A DNA stretch of 64,000 bases from Promethearchaeota archaeon (GTDB taxonomy: Archaea > Asgardarchaeota > Lokiarchaeia > Sigyniarchaeales > SOKP01): assembly GCA_048938895.1 (NCBI GenBank), contig JBHLLU010000017.1, positions 11,869 through 75,868 on the forward strand, read 5' to 3'. The translations under genes were made by a program, and so were the position numbers. The notes beneath the pieces were generated by a model. It worked only from the letters and a program-made list of their open reading frames with translations. It was not told the DNA's origin and searched no databases. Position 1 is the stretch's first letter. Each line of letters opens with the position of its first letter. Shown here in pieces: positions 20,601 to 30,410 of the stretch.

Positions 20601-20966
20601 ATGCCATCTATATTAATTGTTGATGATGAACCTTCTATCCAATTTACATTTAAACATATCTTTTTAGCCTATGGATTTGAGATAGCAGGTATAGCCAATA
20701 ATGGAGAGGAAGCTATTGGTCTCTTTAAATCATTTGTAAATAAACCAGACATTATCTTAATGGACCATAGAATACCAATCAAAAATGGTCTAGAGGCAAC
20801 AAAAGAGATTTTACAATTAGATAGTCATACTAAAATTATTTTTAAAAGTGCAGATAGTAGTATTAAAAATGAAGCTCTTTCTTTGGGTGCAGTTAGCTTT
20901 CAAGATAAACCATTTAAGATTGAGAAAATGATCGAAGAAATTCATAAAGCTCTTAAACAAAGATGA
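20601..20966 (+). CDS. single-domain response regulator (CheY-like)
   Basis: ILIVDDE, DIILMD, KPF. Confidence 0.9.
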   Translation: MPSILIVDDEPSIQFTFKHIFLAYGFEIAGIANNGEEAIGLFKSFVNKPDIILMDHRIPIKNGLEATKEILQLDSHTKIIFKSADSSIKNEALSLGAVSFQDKPFKIEKMIEEIHKALKQR

Positions 20967-20995
20967 AAATGCTAATTGCGAAAAAATATTTAATT

Positions 20996-21817
20996 CTAAA
21001 GTTTTAACACTTCTGCCATAGAGTAAATCTTATCATCTTTAGCGTTAGCTAAAAATTTAATCGCTTTAATTGAACCATTTGCAAAACAATCTCGACTGTG
21101 AGCTTGATGTTTCAATTCAATTCTTTCTCCAGGTCCGGCATATAGTATTATATGATCACCTACAATATCACCACCACGAATTGAATGGATTCCAATTTCT
21201 TCTCTTGCTCCCACAAGCCGTTTATTAGGACCCTTTTGCCTTCCAAATTTTGCTATTTTTTCAAAATCAGAACCTAATGTATCACTTATATTTTGACCAA
21301 TCTTCAAAGCTGTTCCACTGGGAGCATCAACCTTTCTGTGATGATGTGCTTCAATTATCTCAATATCCCAATCTGCTAAATATTTTGTCAACACCGATGC
21401 CATTTTAAATAGTACATTTACCCCTGTTGCCATGTTTGGTGAGAAAACTGCGGGTGCGTGTGTTTTTTTTATTAATACATTCAATTTATCAAAAAACTCT
21501 TGAGACAAAGCAGTGGTTCCAATAACACATCTGATCCCGTTTTCAGCGCAGATGATGCAATTCCTTTCTGCTGCAGAGGCGACTGTAAAATCTACTGCTA
21601 CTTTTGGTTTTTTTGTTGATATTATCTCCTCAAGATTTTTTACATCACTAATTTCAATGTTATTTGGATCTTCCACGCCTGTAATATGTGCTAACTTTTC
21701 ACCTATTTTATTTACATCACATGCAGCTACGACATCTATTTCCTCGTCATCTAATGCTAGTTTACTAATTAATTTACCCATTGAGCCTGATGGCCCAAAA
21801 ATTAATAATTTAATCAT
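20996..21817 (-). CDS. dapB: 4-hydroxy-tetrahydrodipicolinate reductase
   Basis: GPSGSMG, VIGTT, EAHHHRKVDAPSGTA, RGGDIVGDH. Confidence 0.97.
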   Translation of the reverse strand: MIKLLIFGPSGSMGKLISKLALDDEEIDVVAACDVNKIGEKLAHITGVEDPNNIEISDVKNLEEIISTKKPKVAVDFTVASAAERNCIICAENGIRCVIGTTALSQEFFDKLNVLIKKTHAPAVFSPNMATGVNVLFKMASVLTKYLADWDIEIIEAHHHRKVDAPSGTALKIGQNISDTLGSDFEKIAKFGRQKGPNKRLVGAREEIGIHSIRGGDIVGDHIILYAGPGERIELKHQAHSRDCFANGSIKAIKFLANAKDDKIYSMAEVLKL

Positions 21818-21840
21818 ATAAATACCCGCTTCATATAATA

Positions 21841-22755
21841 TTAAATTAAATCTAATTTTTTAAGAACAGTTTTGATCTTCTTCTGATTTTCTTTTAAAGG
21901 GGGTGTTAATGGTAGCCTCATCCTCATATCCATTAACCCCATTTCATCTGCTGCGTATTTAACTGGTCCAGGATTTGTCTCAATAAATAATACTTTGAAC
22001 AAATCGTAAAGTTCGAGTTGTATTTCTCTTGCTTTCTGCCAGTCATTATTCAGCATAGTAGAGGTGAATTCAACCATTCTTGAGGGAATAATATTAGACG
22101 CAACACTAATAACTCCTTTACCTCCCAAAGCCATGATGTGATAAGTCATAGCATCATCACCACTTAACACAATAAAATCATCAGGAGTGGTTTTAATAAT
22201 TTTAGTTATTTGGTCAATATCACCACTAGCACATTTTATCCCAACAATGTTATCTTTCGCATATGCAAGTTTTGAAATAGTCTCAGGCTCCAAATTTCTC
22301 CCTGTTCTACTTGGCACATTGTATAGAATAATAGGTAAGGATACAGAATCTGCTACAGCAGAAAAATGGTTAATTAACGAGTGTTGAACTGGCTTATTAT
22401 AATAAGGTACGACTATTAATAGTCCATTCGCTCCAATTTTCTCTGCATATTCAGCGAGAGAAATTGCTTCTCGAGTTGAGTTACTTCCCGCCCCGGCTAA
22501 CACAAATGGATCTTTATTACTCTTTTTTGCTTCATCAACTGCTATATCCATAGCTTGATGATGTTCCTCATGAGATAAAGTAGGACTTTCCCCTGTAGTG
22601 CCCATAGTTAGTATGTGGCAACCATTGTTAATCTGAAATCTTATGAATTCTCGATATTTGTCTTCAGCTATAGTATAATCATCATTAAAGGGAGTAATCA
22701 TTGCCGTAATAACATTTTTTAGTTTATCTATCTCAGCCATAAGAAATTCCTCCAT
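21841..22755 (-). CDS. dapA: 4-hydroxy-tetrahydrodipicolinate synthase
   Basis: GTTGESPTL, VPYYNKP, LYNVPSRTG, GIK, SGDD, ETNPGPVK. Confidence 0.97.
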   Translation of the reverse strand: MEEFLMAEIDKLKNVITAMITPFNDDYTIAEDKYREFIRFQINNGCHILTMGTTGESPTLSHEEHHQAMDIAVDEAKKSNKDPFVLAGAGSNSTREAISLAEYAEKIGANGLLIVVPYYNKPVQHSLINHFSAVADSVSLPIILYNVPSRTGRNLEPETISKLAYAKDNIVGIKCASGDIDQITKIIKTTPDDFIVLSGDDAMTYHIMALGGKGVISVASNIIPSRMVEFTSTMLNNDWQKAREIQLELYDLFKVLFIETNPGPVKYAADEMGLMDMRMRLPLTPPLKENQKKIKTVLKKLDLI

Positions 22756-22929
22756 ATTTTTATTGTGTAGATTAACACTTAATCTAGTAATGTATCTATA
22801 TAAGACTTTTTAATAACCTTTTACTTAAGTTAATATTATTTTTTTCCTCCTTATTTAAAGGAAAAATCCAAATGTACTATTTCGTGGTTACCAAAAAATT
22901 AAAAGAATAGACATTTATGTTGAATTACA

Positions 22930-23946
22930 ATGTCATTAGATTTATTAGATAAATTCCAAGGTACTCTAATTTCGGTTGCAATAGGGGATACACTCGGGTG
23001 TCCCTTTCAAGAAAAGCTTCGGAAAGAAATTTATTCTTACTTTAAAGATTTCAGAGAATTTATTAAAGAATATAGAGATATTTTTAGAACTTATACCGAC
23101 GATACTCAATTAACTATACATACTGCCAAAGCACTTATTCAAGGAAATGGCTTTAATATAGATAATTTTATTAGAGAATATGTAAAATGGTTAGATGATC
23201 CACCTATAGGGCCAGGATGGGGTTGTATATCTTCAATTAGAAAACTAAAATATGGAATTCCGTGGAAAGAAGCGGCATCAAACTCTGGTGGGAATGGTAC
23301 TGTAATGAGAATTGCTCCAATAGGACTTTTCTATTGTACTAATCTAAAAGGATTAAAGACCACCGCAATTAAATCAAGTATTATCACTCATTCTCATCCC
23401 GCAGCCTCAGCAGGAGCAATCATAATTGCTCAGGCTATAGCATATTTGATTAAGAAAAATCCAAATACTGGTTTTCCAATTGATGAATTCTTCGAGATCT
23501 TAATTTCATCAATTTCTAACTCTCATGAAGATATTTGGGAAGAATTTATCAGCCTTCTGGAAAAATTAAAATCTAATCTTAACATCCCCATTGAAGCGGG
23601 TTTAATTAAATTTTCCCAAGCAGGAGTAAAATCACCCTATTTTATTGAAGAATATATGGGGCAAGCGTTTGTTCATCCCTATACAATAAGCACTGTGATT
23701 TGTTCACTTTTTATTTTTTTAAAAAGACTAAATTCGTTTGAAGAATGCATCTTTGAACTTGCTACTGCAGGAGGAGACAGTGATACAGTTGGAGCAATAG
23801 GAGGCAGTTTGGCAGGAGCTTATTTTGGAATGAAAAATATCCCCTCAGATTTAATAAAATTAGTGAAAAATAATAAGAAACTCTTGAAACTTAGTGAAAA
23901 TCTTTATACTACATTCATTAAACGATTTAATGTAGAATCATTTTAA
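22930..23946 (+). CDS. ADP-ribosylglycohydrolase family protein
   Basis: AIGDTLG, YTDDT, GNGTVMRIAP, GGDSDT. Confidence 0.92.
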   Translation: MSLDLLDKFQGTLISVAIGDTLGCPFQEKLRKEIYSYFKDFREFIKEYRDIFRTYTDDTQLTIHTAKALIQGNGFNIDNFIREYVKWLDDPPIGPGWGCISSIRKLKYGIPWKEAASNSGGNGTVMRIAPIGLFYCTNLKGLKTTAIKSSIITHSHPAASAGAIIIAQAIAYLIKKNPNTGFPIDEFFEILISSISNSHEDIWEEFISLLEKLKSNLNIPIEAGLIKFSQAGVKSPYFIEEYMGQAFVHPYTISTVICSLFIFLKRLNSFEECIFELATAGGDSDTVGAIGGSLAGAYFGMKNIPSDLIKLVKNNKKLLKLSENLYTTFIKRFNVESF

Positions 23947-24516
23947 TCAGGAAAGAAAAATATTTAATTCTTTTTTACAAATTTCACAATATTCTACAGG
24001 CTTTTTATCTGTATCTGCTAAACTATTAGATAGTTGCATTACACATTTATTATTACAATGTATTAACCCAAATGTATGCCCAAGCTCGTGTTTTGCTTCC
24101 TTTAATACTCTTTCATTAAATTCATCCTTTGATTCTACTTTTCTATAAGCTGTTCCTGATTTAATATAAAAATTTTCTCTAAGACGAGGTAAGGAGATAA
24201 GAGCAGCATAGGAACCTCTTTTAGCTAACCCAAAAATGAAATCTTTTTCCTTAGAGTAGATATCTTTTCCAACAATTCCAAGAAGTCTAAAAAGTTCTCT
24301 ATTTTTAGCTTTTTCTTCTAACTTATTTAACAAATGGATTGCTTTATATTGATTTCTAATTGAATTATAGTATTTTTTTCTCAATTTTATCTTTTCTTTA
24401 AGAATCTCGATACTGATGTTAAAATCTCTTAAGCTTATCTCAAGATTCTGCTTTAAATCAATTAATACCGACGGGGAGATCTTACCAATGCCTAATAAAA
24501 AGATAGTTCTAAGCAT
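23947..24516 (-). CDS. archaemetzincin (peptidase M54)
   Basis: KEAKHELGHTFGLIHCNNKCVM...CEIC. Confidence 0.92.
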   Translation of the reverse strand: MLRTIFLLGIGKISPSVLIDLKQNLEISLRDFNISIEILKEKIKLRKKYYNSIRNQYKAIHLLNKLEEKAKNRELFRLLGIVGKDIYSKEKDFIFGLAKRGSYAALISLPRLRENFYIKSGTAYRKVESKDEFNERVLKEAKHELGHTFGLIHCNNKCVMQLSNSLADTDKKPVEYCEICKKELNIFLS

Positions 24517-24624
24517 GTTAACATAAATCGATTTTCTCAGATGCTAATTATTAAATAAATTACTGACTTCTAAATTATTCGTAACAAAATTTTTTCATTT
24601 AACCTTTTAATTTCTGTTATAAAC

Positions 24625-26523
24625 TTGGGGGCTGGGTTTAAGATGGTGCGAATGAATGGCAAATTAATAGAAACAACAGATAAATATCAATTTTTAATTA
24701 ATAATGTCTTGGACGTCATAATCGAAGTAGATTTAGATGGATTCTTTTCCTATATTAGCCCCAGTGTTTACCATATGCTCGGATATCAACCAGAAGAAAT
24801 TGTTGGCACTCAATTTTTCAGTTATATTCATCAAGATGATTTAGAATTAGTAAATATAAATTTAGCAAAAGTTATCCATGGAGAGGGTATAATTTCATTA
24901 GAATATAGGGTAAAACATAAAAATGGACATTATATTCCTGTTACTGCAAAAGGTTCGTTAGTAAAGTTAGATCGTAAATTAAAACTCATAGCTGTTCTAA
25001 GGGATAATTCACAAAAAGATAAAGTTCAAATTGAATTGGAAAAAGAAAGAGAGAAAATTCAATTATATTTAGATACCGTAGGAGTCGTGGTCGTTGCTTT
25101 AAATAAAGAGGGTGAGATCACGATGATTAATCGAAAGGGCTGCGAAGTTCTTGAATATACCGAGGAAGAATTGATTGGGAAAAATTGGTTTTTACATTGT
25201 CTCCCAATTTCAATTCAACACGAAGTATATAAAGTTTTTCAAAAGCTAATGGCAAATGAAATTGAAACTACTGAATTCTACGAAAATTCTGTTGTAACGA
25301 AAAATTCAAAAGAAAAAGTAATAGCTTGGCACAATACAGTATTAAAAGACGATAAAGGGAATATAATAGGGACTCTTAGTTCAGGAGAGGATATTACTGA
25401 ACGTAAGAAAGCTGAGAAGCTTCTAAAGCAATCTGAAGAGAAATATCGTATGATTTTTACAGGAGCTAGCGATCCAATTGCCATACTAGATGATGACATC
25501 ATTGTAGATTGCAATCAAATGGCTGTAAATTTATTTGGATTTGATAAAAAAGAGGAGATAATTGGAAAGCAACCTTGGAGATTATCTCCACCACGACAAC
25601 CAGATGGAACAGAATCGATTAAGAAAGCTAATAAATATATTAAACAGGCACTCCTTGGAGAATCTCAAAGATTTTATTGGCAACACCTCAAAAAAGACAA
25701 TAAACCATTTGATGCTGAGATATCATTAAGTAGTTTTAAACTGGAAAATAGAGATCATATTATGGCAATTATCAGAGATATTACGGAAAGAAAGAAAGCA
25801 GAAAAGGATATTAAAGAAATAAGCCGATTAAAATCTGAATTACTGGAGAGAACATCTCATGAATTAAAAACACCTCTCATTTCAATTAAAGGCTTTACTG
25901 ATCTCTTATTAGATTTGCATAGAGAAAAATTTGATGAGGAAGTCTTTTCAATTTTGGGTGAAATTCGACAAGGTACAGAACAACTCGAATCAATAGTTAA
26001 CAAACTCCTAGAGAGTTCACTTTTAAAGTCAGGAAAGATTCAGTTTAACCCAAGTAATGAAGATTTATCATTCTTAATCAGGTTTTGCGTAAAGAACTTA
26101 CAAGGTCTAGCAAAAACTAGAAATCACACAATTAAGCTAGATATACCAGACAAATTGATTCTCAAATTTGAAAAAGAAAGAATATACGATGTTATATCCC
26201 ATTTGATTATCAACGCGATAAAATATACACCACCCTTTGGGGAAATTAAATTAAAAGCTGAAATTGAAAATGATTTTGTAATCATTGCTGTTCAGGACAA
26301 TGGAATTGGGTTTTCTATGGATGACAAAGAAAAGATCTTTAAACAGTTTGGTAAAGTCGAACGTTATGGTAAAGGATGGGACATAGGTATCGAAGGAACC
26401 GGAATGGGGTTATATACTTCTAAAAAGATTGTAAAGTTACATGGGGGAGATATATGGGCTGAATCTGAAGGAAGAAATAAAGGTTCTAAGTTTAGCTTTT
26501 CTCTTCCGATTTCTAGAAATTAA
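24625..26523 (+). CDS. PAS-domain sensor histidine kinase
   Basis: Three PAS/PAC repeats, SHELKTPL, NAIKY, DNGIG, GTGMGL; true start may be the ATG at 24643. Confidence 0.93.
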   Translation: MGAGFKMVRMNGKLIETTDKYQFLINNVLDVIIEVDLDGFFSYISPSVYHMLGYQPEEIVGTQFFSYIHQDDLELVNINLAKVIHGEGIISLEYRVKHKNGHYIPVTAKGSLVKLDRKLKLIAVLRDNSQKDKVQIELEKEREKIQLYLDTVGVVVVALNKEGEITMINRKGCEVLEYTEEELIGKNWFLHCLPISIQHEVYKVFQKLMANEIETTEFYENSVVTKNSKEKVIAWHNTVLKDDKGNIIGTLSSGEDITERKKAEKLLKQSEEKYRMIFTGASDPIAILDDDIIVDCNQMAVNLFGFDKKEEIIGKQPWRLSPPRQPDGTESIKKANKYIKQALLGESQRFYWQHLKKDNKPFDAEISLSSFKLENRDHIMAIIRDITERKKAEKDIKEISRLKSELLERTSHELKTPLISIKGFTDLLLDLHREKFDEEVFSILGEIRQGTEQLESIVNKLLESSLLKSGKIQFNPSNEDLSFLIRFCVKNLQGLAKTRNHTIKLDIPDKLILKFEKERIYDVISHLIINAIKYTPPFGEIKLKAEIENDFVIIAVQDNGIGFSMDDKEKIFKQFGKVERYGKGWDIGIEGTGMGLYTSKKIVKLHGGDIWAESEGRNKGSKFSFSLPISRN

Positions 26524-26629
26524 TTTTATGAGATTATTTACCTAATGATGTAATTTTTCAAAGTTAAGAGTTTAATTGTGTAGATTTAGGATAATTTTAA
26601 AAACAAATCATACAAAATCATAATTAGAG

Positions 26630-27034
26630 GTGTTAAAAATCTCAAAAATACCTGCTATAATTTTTTTAACTACAATAATTATTGGAATAATTCTCCTGAT
26701 AACCGGAATTAATATGAGAATTTATGTTTTTCAAGTTATCGAGCAGAATAAAAATGATCCAGATTGGGACAGATTTGGTTTATCTTGGACGGAGTTCTAT
26801 TCATGGGTGTGGATCGGAATTGGTACCTTACTTATAATCCTAACCGTTATCCTGGCTTTTAGTTATTACTACCAATTTCCTTCTAAAGTGGTGGAAAAGA
26901 ACTACTATAAGAATGAAAAGTGGTTAAATCATCAATATAACGAGTTGAGAAGGAGCCTTCAAGACATTGCAATTGATCAAGGGGTAAGTATGATAACAAT
27001 TAAGAAATGGGTTGATAAGCTTGATAAGCATTGA
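26630..27034 (+). CDS. 2-TM membrane protein with C-terminal HTH-like domain (tandem paralog 1)
   Basis: GTG start after a GAGG-like SD; two TM helices; [35 protein letters not shown]. Confidence 0.75.
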   Translation: MLKISKIPAIIFLTTIIIGIILLITGINMRIYVFQVIEQNKNDPDWDRFGLSWTEFYSWVWIGIGTLLIILTVILAFSYYYQFPSKVVEKNYYKNEKWLNHQYNELRRSLQDIAIDQGVSMITIKKWVDKLDKH

Positions 27035-27164
27035 GGGAACTGGAATAGGATTATATACTTCGAAAAAGATTGTAAAGTTACATGGAGGAGATATATGGGC
27101 TGAATCTGAAGGAAGAAATAATGGTTCGAAGTTTTCCTTTTCACTTCCTATTTCTAGAAATTAA
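27030..27164 (+). pseudogene. orphan duplicate of the histidine kinase 3' end (45 codons)
   Basis: [44 protein letters not shown] matches 26389-26523. Confidence 0.92.
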
Positions 27165-27254
27165 TGTTTTTAGATAATTTAACTAATTATGACATAATGA
27201 GTAGATTTAGGATAGTTTTAAATATTATTCCTTAATTAAGAGATCTAATTAGAG

Positions 27255-27668
27255 GTGACAAAAATCTCAAAAATACCAGCTATACTTTTTTTAGTTTCCT
27301 TGATTATTGGAATAATTCTCCTGATACATGGAATTAATATTAATATTCGTGTGCTTGAACTATTTCGTCTTGATGAATTGCACCAATATGACCCAGATTG
27401 GGACCCATATGATCCATGGATAGGTGAGTGGGTTGCAATGATGTATATCGGACTTGGTACCATAATTATAATCATCACTGTTATTGTTAGTTTTACTTAT
27501 TACTTTCAAGCACCTTCTAAAGTGGTGGAAAAGAGGGAATATATGAATGTAAAGTGGTTAAATCATCAATATAACGAGTTAGAGAGAAGTCTTCAAGACA
27601 TTGCAATTGATCAAGGGGTAAGTATGATAACAATTAAGAAATGGGTTGATAAACTTCCTAATAGGTAA
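27255..27668 (+). CDS. 2-TM membrane protein with C-terminal HTH-like domain (tandem paralog 2)
   Basis: Near-identical C-terminus to 26630-27034 with a divergent inter-TM loop. Confidence 0.75.
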   Translation: MTKISKIPAILFLVSLIIGIILLIHGININIRVLELFRLDELHQYDPDWDPYDPWIGEWVAMMYIGLGTIIIIITVIVSFTYYFQAPSKVVEKREYMNVKWLNHQYNELERSLQDIAIDQGVSMITIKKWVDKLPNR

Positions 27669-27842
27669 TATACTACTAGTTTCTAAAGAAAAAATACCAG
27701 CCACAAAAATTAACGATAAAACTTTTTTAGATTATTAAATTCTAATATCTAGACCTCTAAATAATTTATCTCCTCATTTTAAGAGATTCGCTGATAAGAA
27801 AAGCCAGTTTCGTCATGGGAGGGTGGTCTAGCCTGGTATGAT

Positions 27843-27870
27843 ACTATAGGGATTCTCTCTATGGCGTGAA
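27843..27870 (+). other. 28-nt BHB-type tRNA intron at about position 25/26
   Basis: Helix TATG/CGTG (two G-U pairs), bulges ATA and AAT, inner stem CTATAGGGA/TCTCTATGG. Confidence 0.8.
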
Positions 27871-27903
27871 TCTTGGTTTGGGACCAAGGGGTCGGGGGTT
27901 CAA

Positions 27904-27933
27904 CAGGTGACGCACAACGCGTTTCCTGAACAA
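27904..27933 (+). other. 30-nt BHB tRNA intron in the T-loop (58/59)
   Basis: Perfect helix GTTC/GAAC, bulges AAC and AAT, inner stem AGG/CCT. Confidence 0.88.
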
Positions 27934-27974
27934 TTCCCCCCCCTCCCATCTTTTTATCATTAACTATTCATGAG

Positions 27975-28238
27975 TTAATTTTCTTCTAATGATTCTTCTG
28001 AATTAAAAGAAACTTCGGGTATCAAATCTTGTATTGCTGAATGTAATGATAATATTATTCCAGGATTTTCTGAATATACAATGAAGTAATTTGTAATTTT
28101 ACTTATTTTTAAAATCTTAATCTGATCTTTAAAAAAACTGAGTAATTCTTGAACACTTTCCTTATAATTGTTATCTTTTTGAATCCATGCTACTAATCTT
28201 TTATTTTTATTGGTCTTAACTTTTAATTTCAATTTCAT
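27975..28238 (-). CDS. hypothetical protein
   Basis: 87-aa ORF with no recognised motif. Confidence 0.6.
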   Translation of the reverse strand: MKLKLKVKTNKNKRLVAWIQKDNNYKESVQELLSFFKDQIKILKISKITNYFIVYSENPGIILSLHSAIQDLIPEVSFNSEESLEEN

Positions 28239-28428
28239 TATAACATCATCAATTATTACTTTAAAACAAACTAAAGACGTTTAATATAGTTTTAACCAAA
28301 TCTATTTAAACGAGGAGCTTTTTAAGATAAGAAGTTGTTTTTAGAGGTTTCTTCAAAATAATATTAATATAGTATAAATTTTATTAAAGATTTTATCACT
28401 GTAAAAATAGAATTGTGTAAATTAAGAT

Positions 28429-29211
28429 ATGATAGAAATATCAAATCTTTCAAAATCCTTTGGAAGTTTTAAGGCTGTAGAAAATCTCAACATGAATATT
28501 CAAGCGGGTGAGATATACGGTCTTATTGGTCCCAATGGTTCAGGAAAAACGACAACGATTTTAGTCTTATTAGATATTTTAGATCCAGATCCAGGTGCTA
28601 CTATAAGGATAGATGGAAAGCAGATCCCAAAAAACATTAATCAAGTTTATCCTAAGATTGGGTTTATGCCCCAGGAGCTTTCTTTATATTTAGATTTAAC
28701 AGTTGAGCAAAATTTAAAATTTTTTGCAGATTTATATCAAATACCTAAACCCGATATTCATCCTCGTATTAAAGAAGTCCTTAAATTAATAGACCTCACA
28801 GAGTATAAAAAGAGATTAGTCTCCAACTGTTCGGGAGGAATGCAAAGACGATGTTCTCTTGCAGTTGCCCTACTGCATAAACCAGAAATTCTAATTTTAG
28901 ATGAACCTACTGTAGGGGTAGATCCTGAACTTAGAATCGAATTCTGGAATTATTTTAAGAGAATCTCAAAAGAACAAGGAGTAACAATACTCATTACAAC
29001 TCATTATTTAGCAGAATCAGTAAATTGTGATCGAATTGGATTAATGAATAAAAGAATTTTGATCTCGGGAACACCTATAGAATTAATGGAGAAGGTAAAA
29101 AACCTCAAAAACCTTGAAAACCTTCCAGACATGGAGGAAGTTTTTATCTATTACACGGAAAAGATGAAAAGAAAAGAATTTGGAGGGCATGAAGATGGGT
29201 ATCAGTTTTAG
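28429..29211 (+). CDS. ABC transporter ATP-binding protein (ABC-2 type)
   Basis: GPNGSGKTT, CSGGM, LILDEPT, TTH. Confidence 0.95.
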   Translation: MIEISNLSKSFGSFKAVENLNMNIQAGEIYGLIGPNGSGKTTTILVLLDILDPDPGATIRIDGKQIPKNINQVYPKIGFMPQELSLYLDLTVEQNLKFFADLYQIPKPDIHPRIKEVLKLIDLTEYKKRLVSNCSGGMQRRCSLAVALLHKPEILILDEPTVGVDPELRIEFWNYFKRISKEQGVTILITTHYLAESVNCDRIGLMNKRILISGTPIELMEKVKNLKNLENLPDMEEVFIYYTEKMKRKEFGGHEDGYQF

Positions 29212-30352
29212 AAGGATCATGGCAATAACTCGAAAAAATCTTTTAGCTCTATTACATGATAAAAGAACATTAGGATTACTTATTATGATGCCTATCTTTT
29301 TGATGCTTCTTTTCGGATTAGCTTTTGGACGACCTGTGAGACATGTACCTATCAAGATTGTTAATTTTGATGAAGGCGGAGAAGGTATACCATTAATGGG
29401 GATAAACGATACTCAATTCTCTGAATTATTTACAGAAATCCTGAAGGAAGACAATAGAGTGGATGTCAAGGTATTGGATTTAAGCACATTTAGCCTTTCA
29501 AAAGAGGAGTCAAAAATCTATGGTGGAAATGATTATTATGCACTAATTGTAATACCTATAAATTTTACAGAGGATATGCTAAATTTTTCAAAAAATATAG
29601 AATTATCAACATATATAGATGGAAGCGATCCACAAACAATAAGTTCTGTGATAGGTGCAGTTTCAGAAGCCATTGGAAGAGTGATTAATGAGATAACTGG
29701 GGAGGAATCTCATTTAGAATTGAATCTTATCTATGTTGCAGGAGACCCGAGTTTGAGACCAATTGATTCACTTGGACCGGGGATTCTTAGTTTTGCACTC
29801 TTTTTATTTATGATATTAACTGTTACGGGAGGCCTTACTAGGGAACGAGTGAGAGAGACATTATACAGAGTTAAAACGACATCCACTTCCAAATCAGAAA
29901 TGATGATTGGATATTTACTGGGAAATTCGTTAATAGCATTAGTCCAAAGTGTACTTTTACTATTGATTTCAGTCCTATTCTTTCAGATTCATATTGTTGG
30001 TAACATTTTTTTATTGTTTTTTATACTATTCATCTATGCAATGTCTTGCGTCGGAATGGGTATTTTTGCTTCCACTTTTGCCAAAAATGAGCTCCAAGCA
30101 TTTCAATTCATTCCATTACTCCTAATACCTTCAATGTTCTTCTCAGGATTTATATTTCCTATAAATTCATTCCCACCAGTATTTCAATATGTTTCATATG
30201 TCATTCCCATGACCTATTCAATAAGAATTAGCAGAGCAATAATGATTAATGGTTTTGGTATAGAGATGTTTTTCTTGGATTTCCTTATAATGACACTATT
30301 AACTTTAGTATTTTTAGTACTTGCTATTGTCGTATTTAAAATGAGGAAATAA
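29180..30352 (+). CDS. ABC-2 transporter permease
   Basis: TM pattern, DGSDP, FFSGFIFP; overlaps the ATPase end (true start probably ATG 29189 or 29195). Confidence 0.92.
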   Translation: MEGMKMGISFRRIMAITRKNLLALLHDKRTLGLLIMMPIFLMLLFGLAFGRPVRHVPIKIVNFDEGGEGIPLMGINDTQFSELFTEILKEDNRVDVKVLDLSTFSLSKEESKIYGGNDYYALIVIPINFTEDMLNFSKNIELSTYIDGSDPQTISSVIGAVSEAIGRVINEITGEESHLELNLIYVAGDPSLRPIDSLGPGILSFALFLFMILTVTGGLTRERVRETLYRVKTTSTSKSEMMIGYLLGNSLIALVQSVLLLLISVLFFQIHIVGNIFLLFFILFIYAMSCVGMGIFASTFAKNELQAFQFIPLLLIPSMFFSGFIFPINSFPPVFQYVSYVIPMTYSIRISRAIMINGFGIEMFFLDFLIMTLLTLVFLVLAIVVFKMRK

Positions 30353-30410
30353 AACCTGAAGCCAAATTTATCATTTAAAATATGGAAAACCTAATGAAAG
30401 AACATTCGTT

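Larger units (their letters stand above)
26389..27668 (+). repeat. imperfect tandem duplication, unit about 640 bp (HK 3' end + spacer + membrane HTH gene)
   Basis: 26389-27029 versus 27030-27668 are collinear, including the shared spacer GTAGATTTAGGATA and TAATTAGAGGTG. Confidence 0.9.
27817..27948 (+). tRNA. tRNA-Pro(UGG) with two non-canonical introns
   Basis: Acceptor GGGAGGG/CCCTCCC, anticodon arm CTTGG-TTTGGGA-CCAAG, T arm GGGGG-TTCAATT-CCCCC after removing 27843-27870 and 27904-27933. Confidence 0.93.
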
